Shown in pieces: positions 1 to 14,410 of a stretch of DNA of 64,000 bases (positions within the stretch are counted from its first letter, which is position 1; every line of letters starts with the position of its first letter). Position numbers and translations under genes: made by a program. Location of the stretch: contig OX597837.1 of assembly GCA_951406725.2 (NCBI GenBank), positions 35,588,001 through 35,652,000 on the forward strand, given 5' to 3'. The notes beneath the pieces are model-generated. The model did no database searches. It worked only from the letters and a program-made list of their open reading frames with translations, and was not told where the DNA came from. The stretch is from Octopus vulgaris (lineage: Eukaryota).

Positions 1-249
1 CCATATATCTATTGCAGTTTTTGTACAGGCAACTACTGAAACGGACAAATGTTAGATTTGACCAAATTTGCTGCTCTTAGAGAGAAGGATGGGAAGAAAT
101 TCCAGACTCATGTTATAGAGTTCTTTCCCCTGTATTTCAAGCTAGTTTTGTCTTTGTGACTTATTGCTAGTTTCTGTCCCTGTTATGGTATCTATCCGAG
201 AAGATGCAGCGCTCTTGAATATTTTATAAGATAACTACATACGATTTTT

Positions 250-370
250 GGCGGAGGTAAAGGATACGTACACCACCCGTTTTCGGCGTTATCCCAATCC
301 TAATCCTAACTCTAACCCTAAACCTAACCCTAGCCCTAATCACCGGGTGTGCGTATTCTTTACCTTCGCC
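250..370. mobile_element. Small TIR element with internal telomere-like (CCCTAA) repeats
   Basis: ggcggaggtaaaggatacgtacacc .. ggtgtgcgtattctttaccttcgcc; inverted second copy at ~396-704. Confidence 0.65.
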
Positions 371-437
371 ATAGTGATGTATATGTTAAAATTGAGCGAA
401 GGTAAAGAATACGCACACCCGGTGGTTAGGGTTAGGG

Positions 438-636
438 CAGTGGTTTTCAACAAGGGTTCCGCCAGTACAGTCCAGGAGTTCCACAAGAAGTTAGAAAACT
501 GCTAAAATCGGCAGTAATTTTTCATTCTCTTGTGCAGATATGTGTGCATAAGACTTAAATTATTGCACAGGGGTTCCTCAAGCCAGTGGAACGTTTCCTT
601 GGTGTTCCGCTCCAGCAAAAAGTTTGAAAAGCACTG
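438..636. mobile_element. hAT-like MITE inserted in the second telomere-like element
   Basis: TIR cagtggttttcaa/ttgaaaagcactg (12/13); flanks ggttaggg/ggttagga (8 bp, 7/8). Confidence 0.7.
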
Positions 637-758
637 GGTTAGGATTAAGGTTAGGATCAGGGTTACACCGAAAACGGGTGGTGTGCATATTCTTTACCTC
701 TGCCCATAAATATATACAATTCTGTTTATGAGATATGAAAATGAAAGTTTGTATGTGC

Positions 759-795
<37 letters not shown>

Positions 796-1075
796 TATAA
801 TATACAAACACACATACACACACGCACACACACAAAAGATTAAATCTTGCCTGGCTGTTAAAACCATCAGTTCAAGACATTAGGTTTTCAATCAAACTCT
901 CTCCATTTTTGTTTCCCCGGTTTGTGTCTGATTTCAGTATTATTTTCTTCATGCATTATTCCGAGATAATTTTGGATCTGTAAGCAAATTTTGGAAATCA
1001 TTTGTTTAGAAATGGTGGTGTTGCTCCAAGACCAACAGACGAATATCAATGCTTAGATGCACACACACACACACA

Positions 1076-1149
<74 letters not shown>

Positions 1150-1160
1150 CTATCTATCTT

Positions 1161-1191
<31 letters not shown>

Positions 1192-2519
1192 ATGAATGTG
1201 TGTATCTTTGTATTTATATATACACCCCTGTCCCTGTGACATAGCAGTTTGGCAAAAGAGACTGATATAATAAGTACGAGACTGAAAACAAAAGAACAAA
1301 AGTAAGTACTGAGGTCTATCAGTTTGATTAAACTTTTCAAGGTGGTGCCCCAGTATGGCTACAGCCCAGAGGCTAAAACAAGATAAGAGATATATATAGG
1401 TCTCAACATAATCATCCTTTTGATTTTTATTGATGACATACCAGATTTTATAAATATATCATCACCATCATCTTTTGACATCTGTTTTCCATGCTTGCAT
1501 GGGTTGGACGGTTTGACATAAAGCTGGTCAGCTGAGGAGCTGTCCAGACTTCAATTTACTGTTGTGGCATGGTTTCTATGGCTGGATGCCCTTCCTAATG
1601 CCGGCCACTTTACAGAGTGAGCTGGGTGCTTCTTATATGCCACTGGCATGGGTGCAACTCTATCCAGCACCAGTACGAGTGCATTTTAGTGCATTTTATG
1701 TGTCACTGGTGCCTTTAATGGACAAGCCTGTATGTATGAATGACAGCGGTTTTACTTAGCTTGGCACATCTTCTCAAGTAAAGCAAATCGCAAATCCTGG
1801 TTCTTTGTCATTTCCTCAGCAAGGACCAGCATCTGAAGATCCTTTCTCATCACTTTGTTCCGCATCTTCCTGGGTCTACCTTTTCCATAGGCTCATCTCA
1901 TGGCATGGGTGCAACTCTATGCAACACCAGCACAAGTGCATTTTATGTAGCACTGGTTCATGTAAAGGACAAGCCTGTATTTATGGATGACAGCAATTTT
2001 ACTAATCTCGGTGTGCCTTCTCAAATATAGCTAATCACCAGATGTATTGGTCCCTTGTTATTTCCTCAGTGAGGCCCAGCATCTGAAGATCCTTTTCACC
2101 ACTTCATGTCATATCTTCCTGGGTCTACCCCTTCCGCAGATAGCCTCCATAATTAGGGTTTGACACTTCTTTATGCAGCTGTCCTCATTCATATCTGTTA
2201 CGTAACCAAACCAGTGCTGTCTTCTGGTGTGTATGCATGTGGCCTTGTGGTTTGCAAGATCACAGTCTCAGTTTCTGGACCGGGGCAATGCATTGTATCC
2301 TTGAGTAAGACATTTCATTTCACATTGCTCAGTGTTAACTTCCTTATGTGATGTGTGACACACTGTGCAGTATCACAGGTCATGCTGACCTGAGGGAGGG
2401 AGTGCATGTGCTGCACAAACATTGGATCAGTGTAAGCAAGTCATCTGTGCAGCAGGTTGTTCAACAAGAAAATGCAGATCCCCCGTCTCTTGTTTACAAC
2501 CAGAAAGTCCACCACCTGC

Positions 2520-2636
<117 letters not shown>

Positions 2637-2827
2637 CATATATATATATACGTATATATACATATCTATATCTATCTATCTATATATAATATATACATAT
2701 ATATATACGTATCATCATCATGATACGTATATATATATGTATATATATCTATATATATATACATACATATATATTTATATATATTTATATATATATACAC
2801 ATCTCTCTCTCTCTCTCTCTCTCTTTC

Positions 2828-2884
<57 letters not shown>

Positions 2885-3056
2885 ATATATATATATATAT
2901 ACATACACACACATGCATACATACATATATTCATACATATTTACACACGCACGCGCACACATATATATAAAGGGATACACACATGGGTATATGTGTGTGT
3001 GTGTCTATATATAGGTTTGTATGTATATATATATATATATATAAACATACACACAC

Positions 3057-3108
<52 letters not shown>

Positions 3109-3733
3109 GTATGTGTATATGTGTGTGCGTGTGTATATTGATATATATATTTATATATATATATACATGTGTGTGTGTGTATGCATATATCAGATATGTC
3201 AAGAACATAATATTCATCAAGCAGAAGTCTATATCTATTCTATATCAATAATTACTGAAGTGTTAAAATGGCTGTCATCCATAAAAGCAGCAGCCATTAT
3301 CTTAAAACTGATGCGTTTCACTGGAGTTGTCATCTAACGAAATCGGGCCATCAATTCTTTGTAATAATTAAGTGTTCTGCTCTAATGTGTAATTGATTCA
3401 GGCTATCTTATTTAATTCTATTGTTGTTGATTAATATAGCAAGATAAAGATAATTAGAGAATATCTGTTGTGACTTTGAACAAACATGGCGACCTCCTTT
3501 GGCCAACACTCTGCTGTCTTTATAAAGCGGACCATGTTGGTGAGCAGAGTCATCTCTCTCTCTCTCTCTCAGAAACACACACTCACACACACACATACAC
3601 ACACACATATACACACACTAACATATATAGAGAAACAGAGAGAGTGAGAAAGTGAATGAGAGAAAGAGTGTGAGAGAGAAAGAGAGAGAGAGAGATACCG
3701 ATAGACAGAGGTAGAGATACATATATACATACG

Positions 3734-3770
<37 letters not shown>

Positions 3771-3774
<4 letters not shown>

Positions 3775-4170
3775 TCTTTTACTTTTTTCAGTCATTTGAC
3801 TGCGGCCATGCTGGAGCACCGCCTTTAGTCGAGCAACTCGACCCCGGGACTTATTCTTTTTTTCGTAAGCCCAGTACTTATTCTATCGGTCTCTTTTTGC
3901 CGAACCGCTAAGTGACAGGGACGTAAACACACCAGCATCGGTTGTCAAGCAATGCTAGGGAAACAAACACAGACACACAAACATACATGCACACACACAT
4001 ATATATACATATATACGACAGGCTTCTTTCAGTTTCCGTCCACCAAATCCACTCACAAGGCATTGGTCGGCCCGGGGCTATAGCAGAAGACACTTGCCCA
4101 AGATGCCACATAGTGGGACTGAACCCGGAACCATGTGGTTGGTAAGCAAGCTACTTACCAAACAGCCATA
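3771..4170 (-). mobile_element. SINE family A
   Basis: Reverse complement of the family. Other copies ~7515-7965, 16828-17915 (split), 18175-18760, 27140-27420, 35417-35780, 39230-39625, 44770-45525, 54999-55365, 60385-61795. Confidence 0.85.
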
Positions 4171-4186
4171 TACATTATATATACAT

Positions 4187-4217
<31 letters not shown>

Positions 4218-5159
4218 CAGCAAGGGAGAGGGGGAGGGAAGAGAAATTGGTTGATATACGTACACATACATATAGAGGGGTGAATAGATAGATAGATAGA
4301 CATACTAACACAGATAGAGAGAGAGAGAGAGAGAAATTGGTTGATATATGTACACACACATATTGGAGGGTAAATAGATAGACATACTAATAGAGAGAGA
4401 GACGGGGGAGTGAGACAGAGAAAGGGAGGGAGAGAAAAGGAGAGTGAGAGAAAGGAGAGAGGGAGAAAGAGAAAGAGAAATAGATATGTTCCCTTACATG
4501 GAACTTATATTTATAATTTGTATTCCAAACAATATAAAAAAACAGGATGAGTATTAAACACAAAGAAGGAAGAGGGTGGGGAGGAGGAGGTGGAGATGTA
4601 GATGAGGAGAAGGGGAAGCTGAAGGAGTGAATGAAGAGGAGGAGGAGGAAGAAGAAGAAGAAAAGAGAAGAAGAAGAAAAAAGGAGGAGGAGGAGAAGAA
4701 GAAGAAAAAAGAAGAAGAAGAAGAAGAAGGAGGAGAAGAAGAAGAAAAAAGATGGAGGAAGAGGAGGAGGAGAAGTTGAAGAAGAAGGAGGAGAAGAAGA
4801 AAAAAGAAGAAGGAGGAGAAGAAGAAAAAAGAAGGAGGAGAAGAAGAAAAAAGAAGGAGGAGAAGAAGAAAAAAGAAAGAAGAAGAAGAAGAAGGATGAT
4901 GAGGATGAGAAGAATAAGAAGAAAAAGAAGAAGGGAAATAAGAGTAAGCTGAAGAAGTGGATGAGAAGAAAAGGTGGAGAAGGAACAGGAGGGGGTGGGG
5001 AAGAATAAGTTGAAGAAATGGATGAGAAGGCGGTGGAAGAGGAGGAGGAGAAGAAAAAGGAAGAAATGGAAGAGTCAGGACTGGGTTGGTATGAAAATAG
5101 TTAAAACTCATTTTTCTGCCTGTCTGTCCGTCCGTACTTACGTACGTATGTACGTACAC

Positions 5160-5197
<38 letters not shown>

Positions 5198-5409
5198 CTT
5201 TTACTAATCGTAATAGGTATGGAAATCAATAAATTTGATGCGTTTTTTTAAATAATAATAATGATGATAACGGCGACGACGATGATGATGATAATCCTTT
5301 CTGATATCATCATCATTTTGAAATCTATCGGTGTTTTTTGCTGAACCGCTAGCTTACGGGGACATAAACGCGCCATCGGTTGTCAAGCGATGGCTGTGGG
5401 GGGGGGGGC

Positions 5410-5449
<40 letters not shown>

Positions 5450-5681
5450 CTCTTTTCCTATCTATCTATCTATCTATCTGTCTGTCTATCTATCTATCTG
5501 TCTGTCTATCTGTCTGTCTGTCTATCTATCTATCTCTATCTATCTGTCTGTCTGCCTGTCTATCTTTCTATCTATCTATCTATTTATCTATCTCTCTGTC
5601 TGTCTGTCTGTCTATCTATCTGTCTGTCTGTCTCAGTCTATCTATCTATCTACCTATCTACCTATCTATCTACCTACCTAC

Positions 5682-5719
<38 letters not shown>

Positions 5720-5963
5720 CTATCTACCTGCCTATCTATCTACCTACCTACCTATCTATCTAATTTATCATCGATTAGCCATTGCCATTACTGCCTTCAT
5801 CGGTCCCAGTGTTCAGCTGGTTTTTATTTCATCGATCCCAAAAGGATGAAAGGCAAAGGTGATCTCGGCGGAATTTGAACTCAGAACTCACAGAGCCAGA
5901 ACAAATGTCGCTGGGCCTTTTGTCCAATGCGCTAATGATTCTGCCAGCGAGTTGTTTTAAGCG

Positions 5964-5964
<1 letters not shown>

Positions 5965-6044
<80 letters not shown>

Positions 6045-6425
6045 TGTGTACAGTGCTCAGGTGCACTACAACTCATCTAAAGTGCATATATAATCAGGTG
6101 TAGTTCGGCGGATTTCGGAAAGCATGAGGGCCTTAAAGGATGCAGTGTCATGGCAGTCAACAACTGACGCAGGCAGTTTATTCCATGCTTCAGCAACTCT
6201 GAGCATGAAGAAATGTTTCCGAAAGTCGTGGGAGCTGTATTGTTTTCTGACTTTGTAGGCATGTCCACGTGTGTTAGACACATGGAGATCAAAAAGGTGT
6301 TCAGTGTTGTTATTGGTGAGGTGGTTGATAACTTTGTGGGCGTTTACCAAGTCCGTCGCCAGACGCCGGAGCTTCAGTGAATCCATGCCCAGGGAAACAA
6401 GGCGCTCAGAATATGGTAGGTGTCC
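5965..6425 (-). mobile_element. CR1/L2-clade LINE 3' fragment (same family)
   Basis: ORF 6066-6386 nearly identical to ORF 10923-11216; (TAA)n tail. A shorter copy lies at ~26997-27126 (-). Confidence 0.85.
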
Positions 6426-6736
6426 TGCAAGACTAACGGATAGATTTATTACTATACCACCGACAGCTCTGTGGTAACTGTTTCGTCTGAGTTGCCTAGA
6501 TGTTGTTATTAATCAATACAGAGCTTTCGATTGATAAAGAAATCGAAATCGTAGATCAAAGCGTCGTTAATGCAGCGAAGCAGTGATTGCTATTGATTAT
6601 ACTCAAACGTTCAGTCAATAATACTGTGAACAAAATACGATTAAAAAGGAAAAACGATTTTTCTTTTTCTCGTCTTTTATAAAAAAATGCAAATATTTGG
6701 GAATATCTTTTAGTCGACATTATTAATATCACTGAA

Positions 6737-7500
6737 GGCGGAGAGCTGACACAATCATTAGCACGCAGGGCAAAATGCTTAACGGTATTTCGTCTGTCTT
6801 TATGTTCTGAGTTCAAATTCCGCCGAGGTCGACTTTGCCTTTCATCCTTTCGGGGTCGATTAAATAAGTACCAGTTACGCACTGGGGTCGATATAATCGA
6901 CTTAATCCGTGTGTTTGTCATTGTTTGTCCTCTCTGTGTTTAGCCCCTTGTGGGTAGTAAAGAAATAGGTATTTCGTCTGCCGCTACGTTCTGAGTTCTA
7001 ATTCCGACGTGGTCGACTTTGCCTTTCATCCTTTCGGGGTCGATAAGTTAAGTACCAGTTACGCACTGTGATCGATATAATCGACTTAATCCGTTTGTCT
7101 GTCCTTGTTTGTCCTCTCTGTGTTTAGCCCCTTGTGGGTAGTAAAGAAACAAGTATTTTGCCTGTCTTTACGTTCTGAGTTCAAATTCCGCCGAGGTCGA
7201 CTTTGCTTTTCATCCTTTCGGGGTCGATTAAATAAGTACCAGTTACGCACTGGGGTCGATGTAATCGACCAGCCCCCACAAATTTTTTCAAGCCCTTGAG
7301 CCTAGAGTAGAAATAATTATAATGTTTAGCGGCATTTCTTCAGTCTGTACGTTCTGAGGTCAAATTCCACCGAGATCAAGTTTACCTTTCAACCTTTTCG
7401 GGGTCGATAAAATAAGTACCAGTTGAGCAACTGGGGTTGATTTAATTGACTTGCCCCCACTTGCTCGAAACTGCCGACTTCAGGCCCAAATTTGAAACCA
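6737..7500 (+). mobile_element. Tandem cluster of SINE family B (Meta-domain-like core)
   Basis: tRNA-like head then four bodies with gtcgactttgcctttcatcctttcggggtcgataaattaagtaccag; also ~9925-10445, 37560-37790, 59955-60100. Confidence 0.75.
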
Positions 7501-7655
7501 ATTAAGACAGGCGCAACTAAGAAGTTTGCTTCACAACCGTATAGTTCCTGGTTCAGTCCCACTGCACGGCACCTTGGGCAAGTGTCTTCTGCTATTACCC
7601 ACAGGCGACCAAAGCATTGTGAGTGGATTTGGTAAACTGAAAGAAGCCTGTCGTG

Positions 7656-7806
<151 letters not shown>

Positions 7807-9037
7807 CTGTGTGTGCGTGTGTTTCACGCTTTACAATTGGTGTTGGTTTGTTTACGTCCCCGTAACTTATCGGTTCGGCAAAAAGAGACCGCTAGAATAA
7901 ATACTGAACTCCTTCAAGGCGAGGCTCCAGCATGACCACGGTCCATTGACTGAAACAAGTAAAAAGCAATTAAACACTCCATCAGCAATTAACGTTTGTA
8001 TTAATAATTGATTTTTGTAATCTCGGCACAGAGCTACCTGTTTGTGAGGGAAACATAATGGGTTGTATCGATTACCGTATTCGACTGGTAAATAATTTTA
8101 TTGATTCCAGGAAAAGAGCGAAAGAAAAATCATCTTCGGTTGGTCTACTGTTAACTGATAGGATATAACTACACTTTAGCGCCCCACCAACTTAGTTTCC
8201 TAATAACTTTCAAAAGTGTATATTTATTTGGATCTTTTCCTTTTGAACGGCACTTTGTAACATAATTTCTAGGTAACTAAAAAGTTTTAAACTTCGTATA
8301 CTGGTAGAATGTGTTTATAAATCATCATTTTCTCTTGGCTTTATTGAGGAAATTCTATAGGTTGTACGATATTTCGTCTTTAATTTCAAGCATTTTAATG
8401 AAATTTTGTAGATATACATTTTCGAGGGTATGGAGCATGATGAAGGTGGTTAAATGGTTACAGTATTGCATTCACAATCGTAAGGTCGTGGTTTCGATTC
8501 CCGGACCGGGTGACTGTGTTGTGCTCTTGAACAAATCGCTTCATTTTGGACGTTTCTCTCGTCCAATGAGCTAAAAATTAGTTCCAGCAATAGCTGGGGA
8601 GTTGACTTAGTGACGGATCAGTGTTGCAATTTCAGTCAATTAGACGCCACGAAAATCGGGTTTAGTTCCGGTTTCATGATCCCATGGGCTTATCGCAGTA
8701 AGGCTAAGTGTATGTATATTTAAGATTATACTGCCGAAATTATATATATATATATATAAAGGAGTTTCAAGTCATTTTACCCCAGCTCTTGACATTGTTT
8801 ACTCATTATAGTGTTTTTTTAAATCCATGCTGGAGCACCTCCTTTAGTCGAGCAAATCGACCCCAGGACTTATTCTTTGTAAGCCTATCGGATTCTTTTG
8901 CTGAACCGCTAGATTACGGGGACATAAACGCGCCATCGGTTGTCAAGCGAGTGGGGTGGAGGCATCTATCTATCTATCTACCTACCTACCTACCTACCTA
9001 TCTATCTATCTACCTGCCTGTCTACCTACCTACCTAC

Positions 9038-9107
<70 letters not shown>

Positions 9108-9113
9108 GCCTGT

Positions 9114-9180
<67 letters not shown>

Positions 9181-9389
9181 CCTGCCTGTTTATCTATCTA
9201 TCTACATACATACTTAAATGTATGTGCGTAATATATAAAAACATATATGCTTATAATATATGCATAAACGTAGGCGTGTATATATTCATGTGTGTGTATG
9301 TGCGTGTGTACATGTTCGCTTATGATTGTATATGTGTGAAATTAAATCCCGTTCGTCCACTTCAAAGATTTTCATTTCTTCCAAATAGT

Positions 9390-9407
9390 CATTATGACGT
9401 CATAATG
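9390..9407. promoter_or_regulatory. 18-bp perfect palindrome containing a full CRE (TGACGTCA)
   Basis: CATTATGACGTCATAATG directly upstream of a CpG-rich unique segment. Confidence 0.45.
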
Positions 9408-10699
9408 CTGGTAAAAGTTTTCTCCACAGCCTTCGTTTTCAAAGAATTTTCAGTCTCTTTCGACCTTTCGCGGTGATTAGAAGCTAGGGAATGTGTGCGC
9501 CAGGGGGGCGTACCCGGACACCCGAGGACTCGTGTGAAGTGGCAGTCATCTTCAACTTGTTTTTGGTGTTTGTGGGGATGTTTTATGCACCCTTGAGTTC
9601 TTAAACACCCACTGTAACATGCTGGTTGGTAGCATAACATAGTTACAAGGTGTACGGTAGAGTCCCTGTGCCCGTATGAACTCTCAGCCAGGCGATTCCA
9701 GGACAGGAAACCTGGGGGTTCCAACCAGAAATATAGACTTTATTCTCGATACATTTCACACAGGATATTTTAGGTAAATTTTTATATTAACACACACACG
9801 ATTTTCACTAAGAAAAAAAAAAACCCGAAAAAACCTCGGATTTTTTGCAAATCCCTTATTTTGGTTCGGAAAAAAGGTGAGGGGCGAGTGGGGGGGGATA
9901 TATTTAATAATGAACCATGTAATTCAGCACGCCGGGCGAAATACGGCTAGACTTTGCCTTTCATCCTTTCGGGGTCGATTAAATAAGTACCAGTTACGCA
10001 CTGGGGTCGATGTAATCGACTTAATCCGCGTGTCTGTCCTTGTTTGTCCCCTCTATGTTTAGCCCTTTGTGGGTAGTAAAGAAATAGGTATTTCGACCAT
10101 CGCTACGTTCTGAGTTCAAATTCCGCCGAGGTCGACTTTGCCTTTCATCCTTTCGGGGTCGATAAATTAAGTACCAGTAAAACACTGAGGTCATTGTAAT
10201 CGACTAGTCACGCCCCAAATTTCAGGCCTTGTGCCTTTAGTAGAAAGGATTATTATTTTTAAGGCGGTAGGGATGGTTTCAAATTTTGGCCCTAAGTCAG
10301 CGTTTTCGAGGGATGGGCAAGTCGATTACATCGGCCCCAGTTTTCCACTGTTATTTATTTTATTGACCCCGAAACGATGAAGAGCAAAGTCGACTTCGGC
10401 GGCATTTGAACTCAGAACGTATAGACAGACGAAATCCCGCAAAGTGGTAGAATGTAATTTGAGGATGAAAAGTTACTGCTATGTCTAACACATCATGCAA
10501 TCACGTATAGATTCCTACACATTTCACCTCACAGACCCAATTTCAGGTATCCTCGTTTTTTATGGTCCTAAATTGAAACTGGTCTTTTGGTTGTTTTTTT
10601 TTTACGTCCCTAAATTATAATTTGTTCCACGACTGCACAAGATACTGGACACTGATGTTATACACCGAAAAGATTGAACAGCTTCGATTTAGTTCATGT

Positions 10700-11265
10700 T
10701 CTTGACCACGTAAAAGGTCCAGGCCCACATTACTGGGTGTTGAGAGGTATTGAACGCAGAACGAAAAAGCCCCAATAAAAGACTTTCGAAGTATTACTAA
10801 GATTAGGGAACCCCTATCTTTCTCAGAACATTGACCTCCTGGAATCTGTCCAGAGACGTGCAACCAAACGCATACCCTCCATCAGACACCTGCCATATTC
10901 TGAGCGCCTTGTTTCCCTGGGCATGGATTCACTGAAGCTCCGGCGTCTGGCGACGGACTTGGTAAACACCCACAAAGTTGTCAACCACCTCACCAATAAC
11001 AACACTGAACACCTTTTTGATCTCCATGTGTCTCACACACGTGGACATGCCTACAAAGTCAGAAAACAACACAGCTCCCACGACTTTCGGAAACATTTTT
11101 TCACGCTCAGAGTTGCTGAAGCATGGAATAAACTGCCTGCGTCAGTTGTTGACTGCCATGACACTGCATCCTTTAAGGCCCTCATGCTTTCCGAGATCCG
11201 CCGAAACTACACCTGATTATACATACACTTTAGATGAGTTGTAGTGCACCTGAGCACTGTACACA

Positions 11266-11322
<57 letters not shown>

Positions 11323-11640
11323 TGAAATGGGTTTGTTATTCCTGGTACTTTCATTATTCTCGATGGCTGATGTTCAACATATTTGACACAGGGTATTATA
11401 ATAATTCACGCAGTTCTAACATAATCCATTGCGGAAATTTGGTACAACCCGATTATCTTGCGCAATCAATGAAGTCCAGGTTGGTAAAAGGACCAAAAAG
11501 AAGCCGATGAATGGAATGGGACACATCACAGACTCTCTTTGAAAGCTTCCTGTCCGAATTTCGCTGGCGCCAATATTCAACAACTGCTTTTGGTGACAAC
11601 CACTGGCCAATATCCGTTCCATTGATACTTATAATGGGAA
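10700..11640 (+). pseudogene. Merlin/IS1595-like transposase relic split by the CR1 insertion
   Basis: WVLRGIERRTKK (10734-10769) left of the LINE; VIPGTFIILDG* and TSQTLFESFLSEFRWRQY right of it; these resemble Merlin/ISXO2 DDE motifs. Confidence 0.55.
10807..11320 (+). mobile_element. CR1/L2-clade LINE 3' fragment with (ATT)n tail
   Basis: NPYLSQNIDLLESVQRRATKRIP..TRGHAYKV..RKHFFTLRVAEAWNKLPASVV: typical ORF2 C-terminus; microsatellite tail. Confidence 0.85.
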
Positions 11641-11844
11641 ATGTTTTTTTCTGATTTTGAATGTAATTACATTGTTTTAATGGACTTAAAGAGATCGTGA
11701 TTCCAGTTTTAGTTTCTGTGAAATAATTTCGGACCGTTGCAAAGACTTGTAAAAGCGTAGGATCCCTGTTTTAAGAAAATTTAGCTGCTATTTCACGCAA
11801 GTCCAACGAACATATTAGACTCCTCTCCCTCTCGTCGTCCTGGA

Positions 11845-12265
11845 GTAGTAGCAGCAGCAGCAGTAGTAGTGATAGTAATACTAGTAGTTGTAGTAACAGT
11901 AGTAGTAGTAATAGTAGTAGTAGTAATAGTAATAGTAGTAGTAATAGTAATAGTAGTAGTAATAGTAGTAGTAATAGTAACAGTAGTAGTAGTAATAGTA
12001 GTAGTAGTAACAGCAGTAGTAGTAACTGTAGTAATAGTAACAGTAGTAGTAGTAGTAGTAACAGTAGTAGTAGTAACAGTAGTAGTAGTAACAGTTATAG
12101 TATTAACAGTAGTAGTAGTAACAGTAGTAGTAGTAATAGTAGTAGTAGTAACAGTAGTAGTAATAGTAACAGTAGTAGTAATAGTAGTAGTAGTAGTAAC
12201 AGTAGTAGTAGTAGTAGTAACAGTAGTAGTAGTAACAGTAGTAGTAGTAACAGTAGTAGTAGTGT
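11845..12265. repeat. (GTA)n-derived trinucleotide tract
   Basis: Direct inspection; similar (CAC/TAC)n tract at 41648-42045. Confidence 0.9.
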
Positions 12266-12696
12266 AGAGTAATCTCCCCCTTGAATCCTCTAGACTTCTC
12301 ACTTCTTTGTCTGGAGCTCTCCAGTGTCGTGAGGTAGCCGTACGTGGGATGATGTGTAAATATCGGTAACAATAGCAACGACACTTCACTCAAAACACAC
12401 CTTGGAGATATTATTATTTACTTCAATCGATCCACTTTCTTTTTTCTCTCTTCCAGAGAAGGTAAGAAAACGTTCTTGTTTCCCATTGATTGGCCGCCCG
12501 CGACAGCTTCTCACCTTCGTTTAAATCTATTTATTTATCTATCTATCTCTCCATCTGTCTGTCTGTCGATCTGTCTCTCTCTTCATGCACGTCTATTTAT
12601 GTCTGTCTCTCTATCGATACGTCTCTCTCTCACTCTATCCAATCGCTCTACCCACACGTCTCTTTGTTTATATCTATCTATCTGTCTGTCTGTCCG

Positions 12697-12780
<84 letters not shown>

Positions 12781-12804
12781 CCTATCTATCTATCTACCTA
12801 CCTG

Positions 12805-12877
<73 letters not shown>

Positions 12878-14410
12878 ATCTATCTATCCATCCATTCATC
12901 TATCAATTTATCTAATTCTCTGTCTGTCGGTCGGTCCATCTATTTCTCAACTACCACCTCGACTGTATACATTTATCTGTCTATCTCTCTACCCAAACAT
13001 CTGTTTGTGTCTATATCTATCTGTCTGTCGCGTTACCATCACCTCAGTCTGTCTATCTATTTCTCAACCTGCACTTTACTATAACTATCTGTCCATCCAT
13101 CTACCTAACTACCTGTGTACCTATCTATCCATCTATCTATCTTTCTTTCCCTACACGTCTGTCTCTCGCCCCATCATCACATATGTCTGTCTATCATTCT
13201 ATCCAAACGTTCTTCTGTATCTATCTCTATACTGCCCCTGTATGTGTGTGTCCATATATCTGTCTCTGGCAATACTTGCACGTATATATCTTTCTTTCTC
13301 TCAAGTGTCCATCTGTCGATCTATTCAGTTGTCGTCTTCCTCGCTCGCTGACATAAACGTCTGTTTACATTACGAATGTATATGTTTAACAAACAAATGT
13401 GGACATAATGAACAAATCTATATTACATATAACCAAGAAATGTGTGTATTTCGTTTTTGTCTTTGCTTGCAAGATTCGTGATGTGAAATCGTGTGTTGAA
13501 ACAAATTCTAGGTCTTGGAGCGAGTCACGGGTCATTGAAAAGGTTGGCAACAGCAACGAAAGAACTTAGACGAGCAAACAAACAATCGATCGATTTGTTA
13601 ATTGGTTGTGTATTTAATCAATTGACCAAGAAGTGAAAGCGAACCTGTGCATGTCTTTTATTATCAGAATAGCGACTCTCTCAAGATACAACAAAGAATG
13701 TACGTATGACGAATTTGAAGAAAAATGCCAAAATGAATTCAACGAAAGATTCACTGTTGACTGTCCATTGAAATGAATCGACAATTTGGTTTTATCGAAA
13801 ATCGCCAATTTCTTTCACACGGCCCAGTTTTAACACTTCTGTCACTACAAGCTAGATGGATATGCAAGAAGCAAGAATCAAATCTCCCTCAAACTGCACC
13901 CTAACGTCACAGGGGATAATACAGCCATGCCTAGACATGGAAAGTACTTGATTGTTACGATTGAATTGCCATTGATCATAAGTTTGTTTTCTCAGGGCTA
14001 ACAGGAAACTAAACACCTCTGGCCCTTTTGTGCCTTTAGTTATGGTGAATTTCTTTATTACCCATAAGGGTTTACACAGATGGGGACAATACAACATGAT
14101 TTGGGGTCATGTGGATGAAATGGAATTATTTACAGTGAAATCGAATGAGTTACAAGAACAAACGAACAAAAAGGGACATATGAAGTCAAAAAAGAACAGG
14201 ATAGCCGACCCCACGAGCCCTGTTATTTTAACTGAAACCTTTTGGCAAGTGATCATGGCGTGTTCATGCAAGGTCTTTCACACCTAGCATCCGTGCAACA
14301 CGCATCCATCTTTTTTTGAATACGCACTCTGACAGACACATTTTCTCTAGCCCCACCTTCCTTTTCAGAGATCATGATGTCTGTCATTTGACACAACACT
14401 GTTCAATTTA

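Noticed and set aside
290-345. Chromosome end/telomere
   Set aside because: Short, degenerate and enclosed by TIRs.
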